In this document: positions 49,876 through 59,348 of the stretch, piece by piece | Numbering within the stretch: the stretch's first letter is position 1 | How the letters are laid out: every line of letters begins with the position of its first letter | Source: Chloroflexota bacterium | Lineage (GTDB): Bacteria > Chloroflexota > Limnocylindria > QHBO01 | Length of the DNA stretch: 64,000 nucleotides | Assembly: GCA_013816405.1 (NCBI GenBank) | Contig: JACDEL010000004.1 | Coordinates: 3,475 to 67,474, forward strand | Direction of reading: 5' to 3' | Program-made: the position numbers and the translations under genes | Notes under the pieces: generated by a model | The model's input: only the letters and a program-made list of their open reading frames with translations | Told to the model about the DNA's origin: nothing | Database searches by the model: none

Positions 49876-50186
49876 GAGGTCGTTCCCTTCTTGCGTTCGA
49901 TATGGCGCGTGGCACCTCGGCCTGACTGACGATGCCACCGATGAGACAAAGGCGCGCTATGCCTTCGTGGTCGGCGATTTTCGACGCGTGCACCGGACCG
50001 GCTTGATCGCCTGCCAGTACCGCGCCGCGGAGTGGCGCCACAAGGAGGTTGAGCTGGCAGCCCACCGTCTGCTGCAGCTGCTGGATCGCACAAGTGGGCT
50101 GACCACACCGTAACTGCCGCGATCTGAGGGCCGTCTCTTGTCCAGCTTCGCCCATCCGGGCACCGCTGAATGCAGGAGAAAGCCCG

Positions 50187-50867
50187 ATGTTTCACAGAAT
50201 CCTTCCGGCACTGGCCGTCGCGACGATGCTCGCCCTTCCCGCCGCCGCCAGCGCGGCCACCCCGGCGATCTACCACACCGTCGACGGCAAGTTCGCCAGC
50301 GCCTACTTCACCAGCCTGGACGGCTGCCTCCAGACCGACGTCTGGGTCGCGAGCTCAGCAGCGACCTACGCCCCGCAGCCAGGAGTTGCTGACGCGCTCA
50401 ACAAGCAGGGCCTGACATCGGTCCAGATCTTCGTGTACGACACCTGCCAGCCGATGGAGGGCAAGCACTACCCGATCGTGGCGGACTGGTTTGCCCAGAG
50501 CGCCGATCGTCTGGTGGCCGAGTCGCGCATGCGCTCCGCGCACGTCGTCGCGACCCTCACCATGACCGATTCGGTTTCCGGCGATTCGGCGGCCGTGTCG
50601 ATCGAAGTGGCCTGGCAGGCCACATCGGTTGCACACCCCGACACGGTCCGGAACAACCACGTCCGCTTCCCGGGCGAGGGGATCGTCAACACGCACGACA
50701 ACAACATCAACCTCTCCGCCCTGGCGTCGGGGACGGTGCTGCTGGGCGGCGTCAACGTCTCGCCGGACCCCGACCCGAGCGCCACGCTCGAGCAGGTCAA
50801 GTCGGCCTGCATGGAGATCGGCTATCCCCATTGGGATGGCGACACCCTGTTCTGCTTCGGCTTCTGA
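50187..50867 (+). CDS. Secreted hypothetical protein (signal peptide, 6 Cys)
   Basis: MFHRILPALAVATMLALPAAASA signal. AGGAGAAAG RBS. No known domain recognised. Confidence 0.55.
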   Translation: MFHRILPALAVATMLALPAAASAATPAIYHTVDGKFASAYFTSLDGCLQTDVWVASSAATYAPQPGVADALNKQGLTSVQIFVYDTCQPMEGKHYPIVADWFAQSADRLVAESRMRSAHVVATLTMTDSVSGDSAAVSIEVAWQATSVAHPDTVRNNHVRFPGEGIVNTHDNNINLSALASGTVLLGGVNVSPDPDPSATLEQVKSACMEIGYPHWDGDTLFCFGF

Positions 50868-50900
50868 CGCCCGGCCGGCAACGGGGTATCGTGGCCCGCG

Positions 50901-51566
50901 ATGGCTCGAGCGCTGATCTTCGACCTGGACGGCACGCTCATCGACACCGTCTATGCCCATGTCTTTGCCTGGCAACGGGCCCTCGCGGAGGCAGGGCTGC
51001 CGATCGAGGGTTGGCGCATCCATCGGCGCATCGGGATGAGCGGCGGCCTGTTCACGCGTGCGGTTGCGCGGGAGCTCGGCCGTCCGCTCAGCGACACGGA
51101 GGTCGAGGAGATCCAGCGGCGGCACGGCGAGCTGTTTCGAGAGCTCGTGCCGGAGCGACGTCCCCTCCCCGGCGCGGTGGACCTGCTGGCGCACCTGGGC
51201 GAGGCCGAGGTGCCATTCGGCATCGCGACTTCCGGCCGCCGCCCGGAGATCGACGCGTCCCTGGAGGTCCTGGGCGTTGGAGCTGACGTGGTAGTGGTCG
51301 AGCGGGGCGACGTCCTGCGCGCCAAGCCGGAGCCCGACCTGTTCCTGGCCTGCCAGGAACGGATGGGCGTGCACATCCGCGACGTGACGGTCGTCGGCGA
51401 CGCTGTCTGGGACCTGCTGGCCGCTCGCCGGGCAGGGATGCTCTCGGTGGGGCTGCTGACTGGCGGCTACGGCGAGGACGAGCTGGCGCGCGCTGGCGCG
51501 TTCCGCGTCTATCGCGATCCGGCGGAGCTGAACGCCTCGCTCGACGAGCTGGGGATCGTCCCATAG
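50901..51566 (+). CDS. HAD-family hydrolase
   Basis: LIFDLDGTLIDT motif I. ..GIATSG.. and ..GDAVWDL.. motifs. Confidence 0.75.
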   Translation: MARALIFDLDGTLIDTVYAHVFAWQRALAEAGLPIEGWRIHRRIGMSGGLFTRAVARELGRPLSDTEVEEIQRRHGELFRELVPERRPLPGAVDLLAHLGEAEVPFGIATSGRRPEIDASLEVLGVGADVVVVERGDVLRAKPEPDLFLACQERMGVHIRDVTVVGDAVWDLLAARRAGMLSVGLLTGGYGEDELARAGAFRVYRDPAELNASLDELGIVP

Positions 51567-51624
51567 ACGAGCTGACGCTCACCTCCGTCCCTGGGGAGCG
51601 GGCGACCGCCCGCTCGTTGACCGC

Positions 51625-52083
51625 GTGATGGGGGACCCGCGCATGACCGAACACCTCGGCGGCCCCGAGTCACCGGAGAAGCTCGCGGAGCGCCAGGCGC
51701 GCTACGAGCGAATCCATGAAGCGGGAACGGGTGGGATGTTCGTGATCTGCGCGGGTCCCGAGGGCGAGGGGGTTGGCTCCGTCGGCTTCTGGGAGCACGC
51801 CTGGCGCGGCGGGACCGTATGGGAGATCGGCTGGAGCGTGGTCCCTGAGTTCCAGCGTCGTGGGATTGCGACCCGGGCCGTGAATCTGCTGCTGGAGGAG
51901 ATTGCCGCGGTCGGGCTGGACCGAGCGATCCTGGCCTACCTGGCGGTCGACAATGAGCCCTCCAACGGGGTCTGCCGCAGGGCCGGCATGACGCTCATCG
52001 GCGAAGCGGTGGTCGAGTTTCCTCCCGGCAATCCGTTCCGGGCCAACGAGTGGATCCTTCAGCCGGCCTCGGCGCGGAGCTGA
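51625..52083 (+). CDS. GNAT-family N-acetyltransferase
   Basis: ..WSVVPEFQRRGIATRAV.. is the acetyl-CoA-binding motif A (Q/RxxGxG/A). Confidence 0.6.
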   Translation: MMGDPRMTEHLGGPESPEKLAERQARYERIHEAGTGGMFVICAGPEGEGVGSVGFWEHAWRGGTVWEIGWSVVPEFQRRGIATRAVNLLLEEIAAVGLDRAILAYLAVDNEPSNGVCRRAGMTLIGEAVVEFPPGNPFRANEWILQPASARS

Positions 52084-53243
52084 TCGACCGCAGCTCCAAG
52101 GTGGGCGGTGGCCTCCTGCAGGGCCTCGGCGGGATGCATGCTGAAGGCCAGCCGCAGTGCACCGGGGGCAGCGCGATCGTCGAGGAAGAAGCGATGGCCG
52201 GGCAGGAATGCCATGCCGCGGGCCGCGGCCACCGGCAGCAGCGCATCGGCCGTGATTCCCGGCGGGAGCTCAACCCAGACGAAGTAGCCGCCCTCCGGGC
52301 GAGACCAGGAGGCCGTGTCGGGAAGGTGGGCGCTGAGGCCAGCGAGGAGCCGATCACGCTGGGCCCGATACGCGGCGCGGAAGTGCTCGACCTGCCTCGC
52401 ATAGTCCCCGCTGCCGGCGTATTCGGCGAGCACGGTGGCGGCGAAGTGGTTCATCCCCCCTCCCGAATCGAGCAGGCCGCCGGTCGCCAGACGAGTCGCG
52501 ATCTCCGCTGAGGCGGTCACGTAGCCAAGGCGCAGGCCGGGCGCCACGGACTTCGCAAAGCTGCCGATGCGGACCACCGATCCGGCGCCGTCCAGCGCCC
52601 ACAGCGACGGGGGCGGCGGACCGTCGTAGGAGAGCTCGCGATAGGTGTCGTCCTCGGCGATGAGCAGGCTCTCCTGCGCCGCGAACGCGACCAGCGCGTT
52701 TCGTCGCTCGAGCGAGACCTTGCGCCCGGTCGGGTTATGAAATGTCGGGATCGTGTACAGGAGTCGCGGGCGCTCACCGGCGTGTCGCAGGCGCGCGACC
52801 GTCTCGGCCAGGTCATCGAGCACGATGCCGTCCGCGTCCGACGCCACGGCCTCGAGCCGGACCGGGTGATCGGCCAGGATGCTGATCGCCAGGTGATAGG
52901 TGGGGACGTCGACCAGCACCGTGTCGCCCGCGGAGAGGAGCAGCGTGGCCGCCAGGTCGAGCCCCTGGGACGCCCCGCTGGTGATCACCACCTGGGCCGA
53001 GCTGGGAGCGCGCGCATCGGTCTCGCTCAGGCGTTGGCAGATGAAGTCGATCAGCGGCGGAGATCCCGCCGTGCTGCCGTACTCGAGGATGTCCGACCCG
53101 TGGCGGTCCATTGCGCGTTGGGCCGCCGCCCGCAGCTCACGCACCGGGAGCAGGTTTGGGTCCGGGTGTCCCCAGGCGAGGTCGATGACGCCCGGCGTCG
53201 CCTCGTACTGGGTCAGCGATGAGGCGATGCCGCGTTCGGTCAC
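52059..53243 (-). CDS. PLP-dependent aminotransferase (class I/II fold)
   Basis: 394 aa. ..IGSFAKSVAPGLRLGY.. contains the PLP-lysine motif (SFSK-like). Confidence 0.75.
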   Translation of the reverse strand: MTERGIASSLTQYEATPGVIDLAWGHPDPNLLPVRELRAAAQRAMDRHGSDILEYGSTAGSPPLIDFICQRLSETDARAPSSAQVVITSGASQGLDLAATLLLSAGDTVLVDVPTYHLAISILADHPVRLEAVASDADGIVLDDLAETVARLRHAGERPRLLYTIPTFHNPTGRKVSLERRNALVAFAAQESLLIAEDDTYRELSYDGPPPPSLWALDGAGSVVRIGSFAKSVAPGLRLGYVTASAEIATRLATGGLLDSGGGMNHFAATVLAEYAGSGDYARQVEHFRAAYRAQRDRLLAGLSAHLPDTASWSRPEGGYFVWVELPPGITADALLPVAAARGMAFLPGHRFFLDDRAAPGALRLAFSMHPAEALQEATAHLGAAVDQLRAEAG

Positions 53244-53475
53244 CGGGTAAGGGGTCCGACGTGCAGGCTCACCACCTCGGTGAGCTCCTGCTTCCCCTTG
53301 AGCTCGAGGCTTCGCCGGTCGAGAGTGTCAGGTAGTTGCGCCAGAACTCGCTGTTCTTCGAATCTGGCGGCGGGGTAGCATTCATTGCCCGCCAAGATTG
53401 ACCATCGGCGATGACCCGGTCAACCGCGGTCGCTGCGGAATCCGCTGCAGCTGACCGGGTACCATCCCCGCCGAC

Positions 53476-54192
53476 GTGGATACGACGCGCTCTGCCCTCC
53501 AGGCTGATCTCGTGGCGATGCTCGGTGCAATGCGCGACGCGGAGCGGGATCTGTTCGCCATGGTCCCGCATGCGACCCGCGAAACCCCGGGCACGATCGG
53601 CGATTGGTCGCCGAAGGACGTCCTGGCCCACCTCGGTGCCTGGCGTGCCGTCGAGGCGCGGCGATTGGAGGCCCGCGCGTCGGCGGATAGGCCCAGCCCG
53701 GACGACCCGTCACTGGATGAGCCGATCGACGAATCGAACGCCAAGCTCCAGGCGCGCGATCGGGACCTGAGCTGGGAGGCGGTTGTCGTCGCGGCAAATG
53801 CCAGTGTCGACGCGCTCATCATGGCCGTCGACAGGAGCTCAACCGATGTCCTGTGCGAGTGCGACGACGGCTCGGTCGCCGGGATCGGGGTGAACGGCGT
53901 GAACCATGCCGTCGGCCACCTGCCGGAGATAGCGGACCTGGTTGCCGGGGGAGTGCGCTTCGACGCGTTCGCGCGTGAGATCGAGGCCGTCCTGCGTGCA
54001 GGCCACGTGCCGCCGCGCGACTCCGGCACGATCCTCTACAACATCGCCTGCGCCCAGGCACTCTCCGGGGCGCTGGACGACGCGCGTCGCCTCCTTGGTG
54101 CCGCCTTTGCCCGTCGTCACGACCTCGCCGACCTGGCCACGCACGATCCGGACCTGGCCGCCCTTGGTGGGGAGCTGTCGAGCCCGGCCTAG
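53476..54192 (+). CDS. DinB/YfiT-like (maleylpyruvate-isomerase N-terminal-domain-like) protein with C-terminal extension
   Basis: GTG start. ..DWSPKDVLAHLGAWRAVEARRL.. resembles the DinB_2 four-helix-bundle histidine motif. A similar pattern is seen in 61485-61973. Confidence 0.45.
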   Translation: MDTTRSALQADLVAMLGAMRDAERDLFAMVPHATRETPGTIGDWSPKDVLAHLGAWRAVEARRLEARASADRPSPDDPSLDEPIDESNAKLQARDRDLSWEAVVVAANASVDALIMAVDRSSTDVLCECDDGSVAGIGVNGVNHAVGHLPEIADLVAGGVRFDAFAREIEAVLRAGHVPPRDSGTILYNIACAQALSGALDDARRLLGAAFARRHDLADLATHDPDLAALGGELSSPA

Positions 54193-55847
54193 CCGGGCGC
54201 CCGCATCGGTTTGGCGTAGACCTCCAACCCCTCGACCCACGTCGCCTGCACGCTTGCCTCACCGATCGGGGCAGCGTCTGGGTCGCGCAGGTTGCGGTCC
54301 AGCAGCGCGAGATCCGCGAGCTTGCCGACCTCGATCGAGCCAGTCTCCGCATCCAGGTGGCTCACGTACGCCGAGCCGATGGTGAATGCGGCCAGGGCCT
54401 GGTCCAGGCTGAGGCGCTCGGCGGGCAGGAACGGTTCGCCCGAGCGGGCGACCTCGCTGACCCGCGTCATGGCGACTTCGATCTCGAGCAGCGGGTTGGC
54501 GCTGGTGACGGGCCAATCGCTGCCTGCCGCCAGCCGCGCACCGTGCTGCAGGAGACTCGCAAAGGGGTACTGCCAATTCGTGCGCTTCGGTCCCAGGAAC
54601 GGAATGGTGCGCTGGTCCATGGTCGGCTCGTGGCAGGCCCAGATGGGCTGCATGTTGGCGGTCGCGCCGAGGGCCGCGAACCGAGGCAGGTCGGCCGGGT
54701 GGATGAGCTGGATGTGGGCGATGTGATGGCGCAGGTCCGACGGCCCGTTGGCCTGGCGTGCCGCTTCGATGGCGTCCAGGGCGCTGCGCACCCCCGCATC
54801 GCCGATGGCGTGCAGGTGCACCTGCAGCCCGGCACGGTCCAGCGCCGTTACCGCGTCGCGCAGGAGCTCCGGCGGAACGAGCGCCATGCCCCGGTTCTCG
54901 GTTACCTGGCCGTGCTCGTCCAGGTAGGGATCGAGCATCGCGGCGGTGAGCCCCTCGATCACTCCGTCCACCCAGATCTTCACGGTTGAGGCGCGAAGCC
55001 GGCCGATGCCTGCCGACGCGGCCTGCTCGACGAACCCCTCGACCTGGTCCAGGCTGCGACGCGGATCCCAGAAGAGACTGGCCACCACGCGCGCCTGCAG
55101 GCTGCCAGCCTGGGCCGCAGCGCGATAGGCCTCGAGCTGTCGTGCACAGGCGCCGGAGTCATAGACCGATGCGTCCTGCCAGGCGGTGATGCCCAGGGCG
55201 TGGAGGCGTCGCTGAACCGACGCGAGTGCGAGTAGGTGTTCCTCGGCGCTCGGTTGCGGCGCGAACTCCTCCACCATTGATACCGCCCCCTCGCGCAGCG
55301 TGCCGCGCGGTGAGCCGTCAGGATCCCGGATGATCAACCCGCCCGGGGGGTCCGGCGTGGCGGCCGAGATGCCCGCCAGGTCCAGCGCCCGCGAGTTGAC
55401 CCACGCCGAGTGGCCGTCACGGCTCCACAGGAAGGCCGGACGGTCCGCGACGAGGGCATCGAGGTCGGCTCGCCGAGGTGCCGCGTCGGGGAAGTCGGTG
55501 ACGGACCAGCCCGCCCCGACGATCCATTGGCGGTCCGGATACCTCGCCGCGTAGTCGCGGATGGCGGCGTCGAAGCGGTCCGCGCTCAGCTCGCTGAGAT
55601 CGCATTGCATGACCGTCAGCTCGCCCTGCACCGGGTGGATGTGCGCATCCTGGAAGCCGGGGAGCAGGGTCTCGCCGTCCAGGCGAATGACCCGCGTGGC
55701 GGGGCCGATCAGCTGCTCGACATCGGCCGTGCGGCCAACGGCGGTGATCCGCCCATCCGTGATGGCGAGGGCCTCGGGCGCCGGACCAGCCACGGGGGTG
55801 ATCGGCTCGATGGTGGCACCAAGGAACACGAGCTCGGCAGCGCTCAT
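54189..55847 (-). CDS. Amidohydrolase-family protein (amidohydro_3)
   Basis: 552 aa from MSAAELVFLGAT. ..LLPGFQDAHIHPV.., ..LQVHLHAIGDAG.., ..HIAHIQLIH.. metal-ligand motifs. The 164-aa N-terminal extension of the ORF is rejected. Confidence 0.75.
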   Translation of the reverse strand: MSAAELVFLGATIEPITPVAGPAPEALAITDGRITAVGRTADVEQLIGPATRVIRLDGETLLPGFQDAHIHPVQGELTVMQCDLSELSADRFDAAIRDYAARYPDRQWIVGAGWSVTDFPDAAPRRADLDALVADRPAFLWSRDGHSAWVNSRALDLAGISAATPDPPGGLIIRDPDGSPRGTLREGAVSMVEEFAPQPSAEEHLLALASVQRRLHALGITAWQDASVYDSGACARQLEAYRAAAQAGSLQARVVASLFWDPRRSLDQVEGFVEQAASAGIGRLRASTVKIWVDGVIEGLTAAMLDPYLDEHGQVTENRGMALVPPELLRDAVTALDRAGLQVHLHAIGDAGVRSALDAIEAARQANGPSDLRHHIAHIQLIHPADLPRFAALGATANMQPIWACHEPTMDQRTIPFLGPKRTNWQYPFASLLQHGARLAAGSDWPVTSANPLLEIEVAMTRVSEVARSGEPFLPAERLSLDQALAAFTIGSAYVSHLDAETGSIEVGKLADLALLDRNLRDPDAAPIGEASVQATWVEGLEVYAKPMRAPG

Positions 55848-56413
55848 CGGCGGCTCATCTCGACGATGAGCACGGAGCGCGAATCGTCGTCGTGCTCGAC
55901 CAGGATCGAGATCCGGATGCCAGACGACTCCGCCTGGGCAGGCGGAGTCCCGATCGGGTCGGCCCCCTCCGGCGGCGCGTTCAGTGCCTGGTACTCGCGC
56001 AGGATCTCGAGGACCTCCCGCCCGGTCACACCGCGGAGCGGATCCCGGTCCTTGAACACGAATCCCCACACCTTGGCGATTGCGCCAGTGAGGCCGATGG
56101 CGGTCAGCAGCACTCGCAGGGCATCCGAAGCCAGCACGTCCCGAACGAAGCCAAAGACCTCGAACAGGATGTCGGCCGATCCCGGAGCCGCGTCCACGAA
56201 GGCAAGACCGCCGTCCTGGGGTGGCGGCACCTTTGCGCTCCCATCCGTCTGGGCGTCCACCGCGGCGCGCCGCACCTCGCGGTCGAGCTCCGCGATGCGC
56301 CAGCCGATCTGTGATGCCGACACGTACTCGGCGTGCCACGCCACCTGCAGGCTGCGGACCCCCCGCTCACGAGCGATCTGCTGGAAATCTGCCTGGGTCT
56401 GCTCCGTCGTCAT
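55844..56413 (-). CDS. Hypothetical protein (189 aa) translationally coupled to the amidohydrolase
   Basis: Stop overlaps the amidohydrolase ATG. No motif recognised. Confidence 0.4.
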   Translation of the reverse strand: MTTEQTQADFQQIARERGVRSLQVAWHAEYVSASQIGWRIAELDREVRRAAVDAQTDGSAKVPPPQDGGLAFVDAAPGSADILFEVFGFVRDVLASDALRVLLTAIGLTGAIAKVWGFVFKDRDPLRGVTGREVLEILREYQALNAPPEGADPIGTPPAQAESSGIRISILVEHDDDSRSVLIVEMSRR

Positions 56414-56640
56414 GGGTCCCGAGACTCTAGCATCGGGCTCGGACAGCTCATTCGTCGCCTACTCTTGAGCGTGATGGCCGAGCGAGATCCCTCCGACCTG
56501 GTCGAGATGTCGCCTGGCGCGCAACCGCCGAGCGGCTTTGGAGATCGAATCCTGGTGGGTCTGGCGCTGATCGCGGATATCGGCACAACCTGCGCGGCGA
56601 CAACCCAATCGTCTGGCATCGGACCGCCGCTGGCGGTTGG

Positions 56641-57129
56641 TTGCCGGAGGTCGAGCCGATGCTGGCCGTCGTCCCCGATCCGGCGACTGACGAGTGCCCG
56701 GCCATGCCGACCGAGTACCTCGAATTCACGGTCGTCGATTCGGCGGGCGTGGTCTCCTGCTACGGCGATGCGCGGATCACCTTCCAGGCGTTCTCGGTTT
56801 CGTGCGACGGATGTGCCGGGTTGGTGGAGGGCAACCCTGAGCCGGCCTGGCTTCTGAACCCCTATACCAACCAGCTCTACCTTTCGCCGAACGACAGCAA
56901 CGGCGCCTGGCAGTCGGCGGTGGTGCTGGGACCGGCTCTCAAGCTCGATCCTGCATGGACCGACAACATGCTCGAGCTGACGGGTCATTTCGATGATCCG
57001 ATTGCGCCAACCTGCACCATCGAGCTGACCGCCAGTTCGGTCTCCTATTGGACGGGCCGGCAGGCGATCATCGACCAGTGTCGCCAGACCTTCGTGGTGA
57101 CCGATGTGAACGTTCTGCCCGGGCTCTAG
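56641..57129 (+). CDS. Hypothetical Cys-containing protein (TTG start, or ATG at 56659)
   Basis: 162 aa, 7 Cys, no signal peptide. Upstream frame carries a hydrophobic stretch in another frame. Confidence 0.35.
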   Translation: MPEVEPMLAVVPDPATDECPAMPTEYLEFTVVDSAGVVSCYGDARITFQAFSVSCDGCAGLVEGNPEPAWLLNPYTNQLYLSPNDSNGAWQSAVVLGPALKLDPAWTDNMLELTGHFDDPIAPTCTIELTASSVSYWTGRQAIIDQCRQTFVVTDVNVLPGL

Positions 57130-57166
57130 GCCAGCGCGCTCAAAGGCTGATCGGCACGACCTCCGG

Positions 57167-57766
57167 GTGCTACTGTCGCGCCGCATGTCGGAGAGCAGCC
57201 GCGGCATCGTGAGGCGAGCAGCGGTGGCCGCATACGTCATAGCCGCCGCGGGGCTGGTTGCGATGGTGACGATCGTTCTCTTCTTCACGATCGGACAGCC
57301 GTGGGGAACGCTCAATGACATCGCCCTGCTGGTCTCGACCGCTGCGACCCCGATCTTGATGCTCGCCTTCTGGGAGCTCGGCGGCCTGACGCCGACGCCA
57401 CTCGCCCTGGTGGCACAGCTCTCCGGCTGGATCGCGGTGATCGTGTGGTGCGTGGTTCAGGCCCTCTTCATCGCGGGCGTGCTCGACCTTGACTACGACC
57501 ACGCAGCGACGGGTGGGCTTGCGGTCGAGGCGGTGGCCCTGATCGTCCTCGGCCTCTGGATCGCTGGTGCCAACCTGCTGGCGGGGAGCTGGCTGAACTC
57601 GATCCGCTGGTTCGGGGTGGTGAGCGGGCTGGGCTTCGTGCTCCTGCCGACGGGCCTGATCCTGGGCGGCGCCAGCCATCCGCTCACCTACGGCGGAGGG
57701 ATCGGCTATTCGGTCGGTTTCCCGATCTGGGCATTCCTGATGGGGAGGCACCTCAGCGCGTCTTGA
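57167..57766 (+). CDS. Integral membrane protein (5-6 TM)
   Basis: 199 aa, strongly hydrophobic. The first in-frame ATG at 57167 (MLLSRR..) is used. A later Met is possible. Confidence 0.5.
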   Translation: MLLSRRMSESSRGIVRRAAVAAYVIAAAGLVAMVTIVLFFTIGQPWGTLNDIALLVSTAATPILMLAFWELGGLTPTPLALVAQLSGWIAVIVWCVVQALFIAGVLDLDYDHAATGGLAVEAVALIVLGLWIAGANLLAGSWLNSIRWFGVVSGLGFVLLPTGLILGGASHPLTYGGGIGYSVGFPIWAFLMGRHLSAS

Positions 57767-57821
57767 CAGGTCCATACCATGTGGGGGCCGCAGGGAGCGG
57801 CGCACGAGGAGGAGAGGCGGC

Positions 57822-59348
57822 ATGACAGCAACCAGCGTCCCGGGTACGGCTGGAGAAGGCCTCCAGCGCAACGCCATCGGCCTGACGGAGGTCCTCTTTC
57901 AGTCGATCACGCACATGGCGCCGGCGGTGGCCGTCGCCTTGTCGATCGGCGCGGCGACCGGCTTCGCCGGGCGGTTGACGCCGCTCGCCGTGGTGCTGGC
58001 GATGGTGGCCTGCCTGTTCACTGCCTATTCGATCGGCCAGCTGGCGAAGCACCTGCCATCGGCGGGTGGCATGTACACGTACGTCGCGCGTGGGCTAGGC
58101 CCATTCTTCGGCTGGCTTATGGCATGGGCCTTCGCACTGGCCGAGCCACTCGTCGCACCGATCCTGCTGGCGGCCTTTGGCTTCTTTGGCGCGACGTTCC
58201 TGACGGCCTACCTGCACATCGGCGAGGGAGTCACCTACCTGTGGGTGTACCTCGCGGTGGTGTGCGGCCTGCTGCTGTGGTACCTGATCTACAGCGGCGT
58301 GCAGCTATCCACCCGGACGGGTGTCGTGCTCGGCCTGATCGAGATCTCGATCTTCGTCTTCGTCTCCATCGTCCTGATCGTGAACGCCGGATCGAAGAAC
58401 ACGCTGAGCGTCTTCATCCCCGGCGACGAGGGGATCCAGCCTGCCTTCCAGGGCATGATCTTCTGCCTTCTGGCGTTCATCGGCTTCGAGGCCGCCGCCC
58501 CGCTCGGGGAGGAGGCCCGTGAGCCGCGTAACACGATCCCGAAGGCGGTGATCTGGTCGACCATCGGCGTGGGCTCCTTCTACGTCCTGTGCTACTACGC
58601 CGCGACCGTCTACTTCGGCGAAGGTCGCATGGGCGAGTTCTATGCCTTCAACGGCGGCGATCCTTGGGGCTTCATGGCGACCGAGGTGCTCGGTACCCTC
58701 GGCGGCATCCTGGTGGTCTTCGCAATCATCAACAGCTCTCTGGCGAACGCCAACTCGGGCGCGACGGCGGCGACCCGGTCCATCTTCTCGATGGCCCGTG
58801 GCGGTCTCCTGCCGAAGTTCTTCGCGGCCGTGCACCCGACGCACCGGACGCCGGTGAACGCGGTTCACGCCCAGGTGCTGGTGGCGATCGTGGTGGCGGT
58901 GGCCGGCGGCCTGATCCTCGCCGAGGATCCGTATCCCGGTCTCGGCCCGATCAACATCTACGTCTTCATCGGCACCATGCTCGGCCTGCTCTTCGCGGGC
59001 ATGTACATGGCCGTGAACCTGGCGGTGATCGGCTTCTACTGGCGGGAGCGGCGCGATGAGTTCAACGTGATCAAGCACCTGCTGATCCCGATCCTCGGCG
59101 TGCTGGCCATGGTCCCCGCCCTGCTTTCAGTCATCGGTGGGCTGACGATCCCACTCTTCGACGTCGAGCTGCCGGCATACACGACTTCGCTGCGCTTCAC
59201 CGCACCGATCGTCGGGGCCTGGATGCTGATCGGCATCGTCATCTTCGTGGTGCTGTGGTTCGTGAACCGCGCAGCGCTGGACAGGATGGGCGAGGTCTAT
59301 GGGGGCGAGGCCCCCGCCGATCAGCCGAAGATCGAGAGTGGGCAGTAG
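57822..59348 (+). CDS. APC-superfamily amino-acid permease
   Basis: 508 aa, 12 TM. ..FQSITHMAPAVAV.. and a GFEAAAPLGEE-type consensus. Confidence 0.8.
   Translation: MTATSVPGTAGEGLQRNAIGLTEVLFQSITHMAPAVAVALSIGAATGFAGRLTPLAVVLAMVACLFTAYSIGQLAKHLPSAGGMYTYVARGLGPFFGWLMAWAFALAEPLVAPILLAAFGFFGATFLTAYLHIGEGVTYLWVYLAVVCGLLLWYLIYSGVQLSTRTGVVLGLIEISIFVFVSIVLIVNAGSKNTLSVFIPGDEGIQPAFQGMIFCLLAFIGFEAAAPLGEEAREPRNTIPKAVIWSTIGVGSFYVLCYYAATVYFGEGRMGEFYAFNGGDPWGFMATEVLGTLGGILVVFAIINSSLANANSGATAATRSIFSMARGGLLPKFFAAVHPTHRTPVNAVHAQVLVAIVVAVAGGLILAEDPYPGLGPINIYVFIGTMLGLLFAGMYMAVNLAVIGFYWRERRDEFNVIKHLLIPILGVLAMVPALLSVIGGLTIPLFDVELPAYTTSLRFTAPIVGAWMLIGIVIFVVLWFVNRAALDRMGEVYGGEAPADQPKIESGQ

Noticed and set aside
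56460-56660. Possible signal-peptide-encoding N-terminus (..ILVGLALIADIGTTCAAT..) frameshifted from the 56641 ORF
   Set aside because: The hydrophobic stretch is weak and no simple indel joins the frames convincingly.
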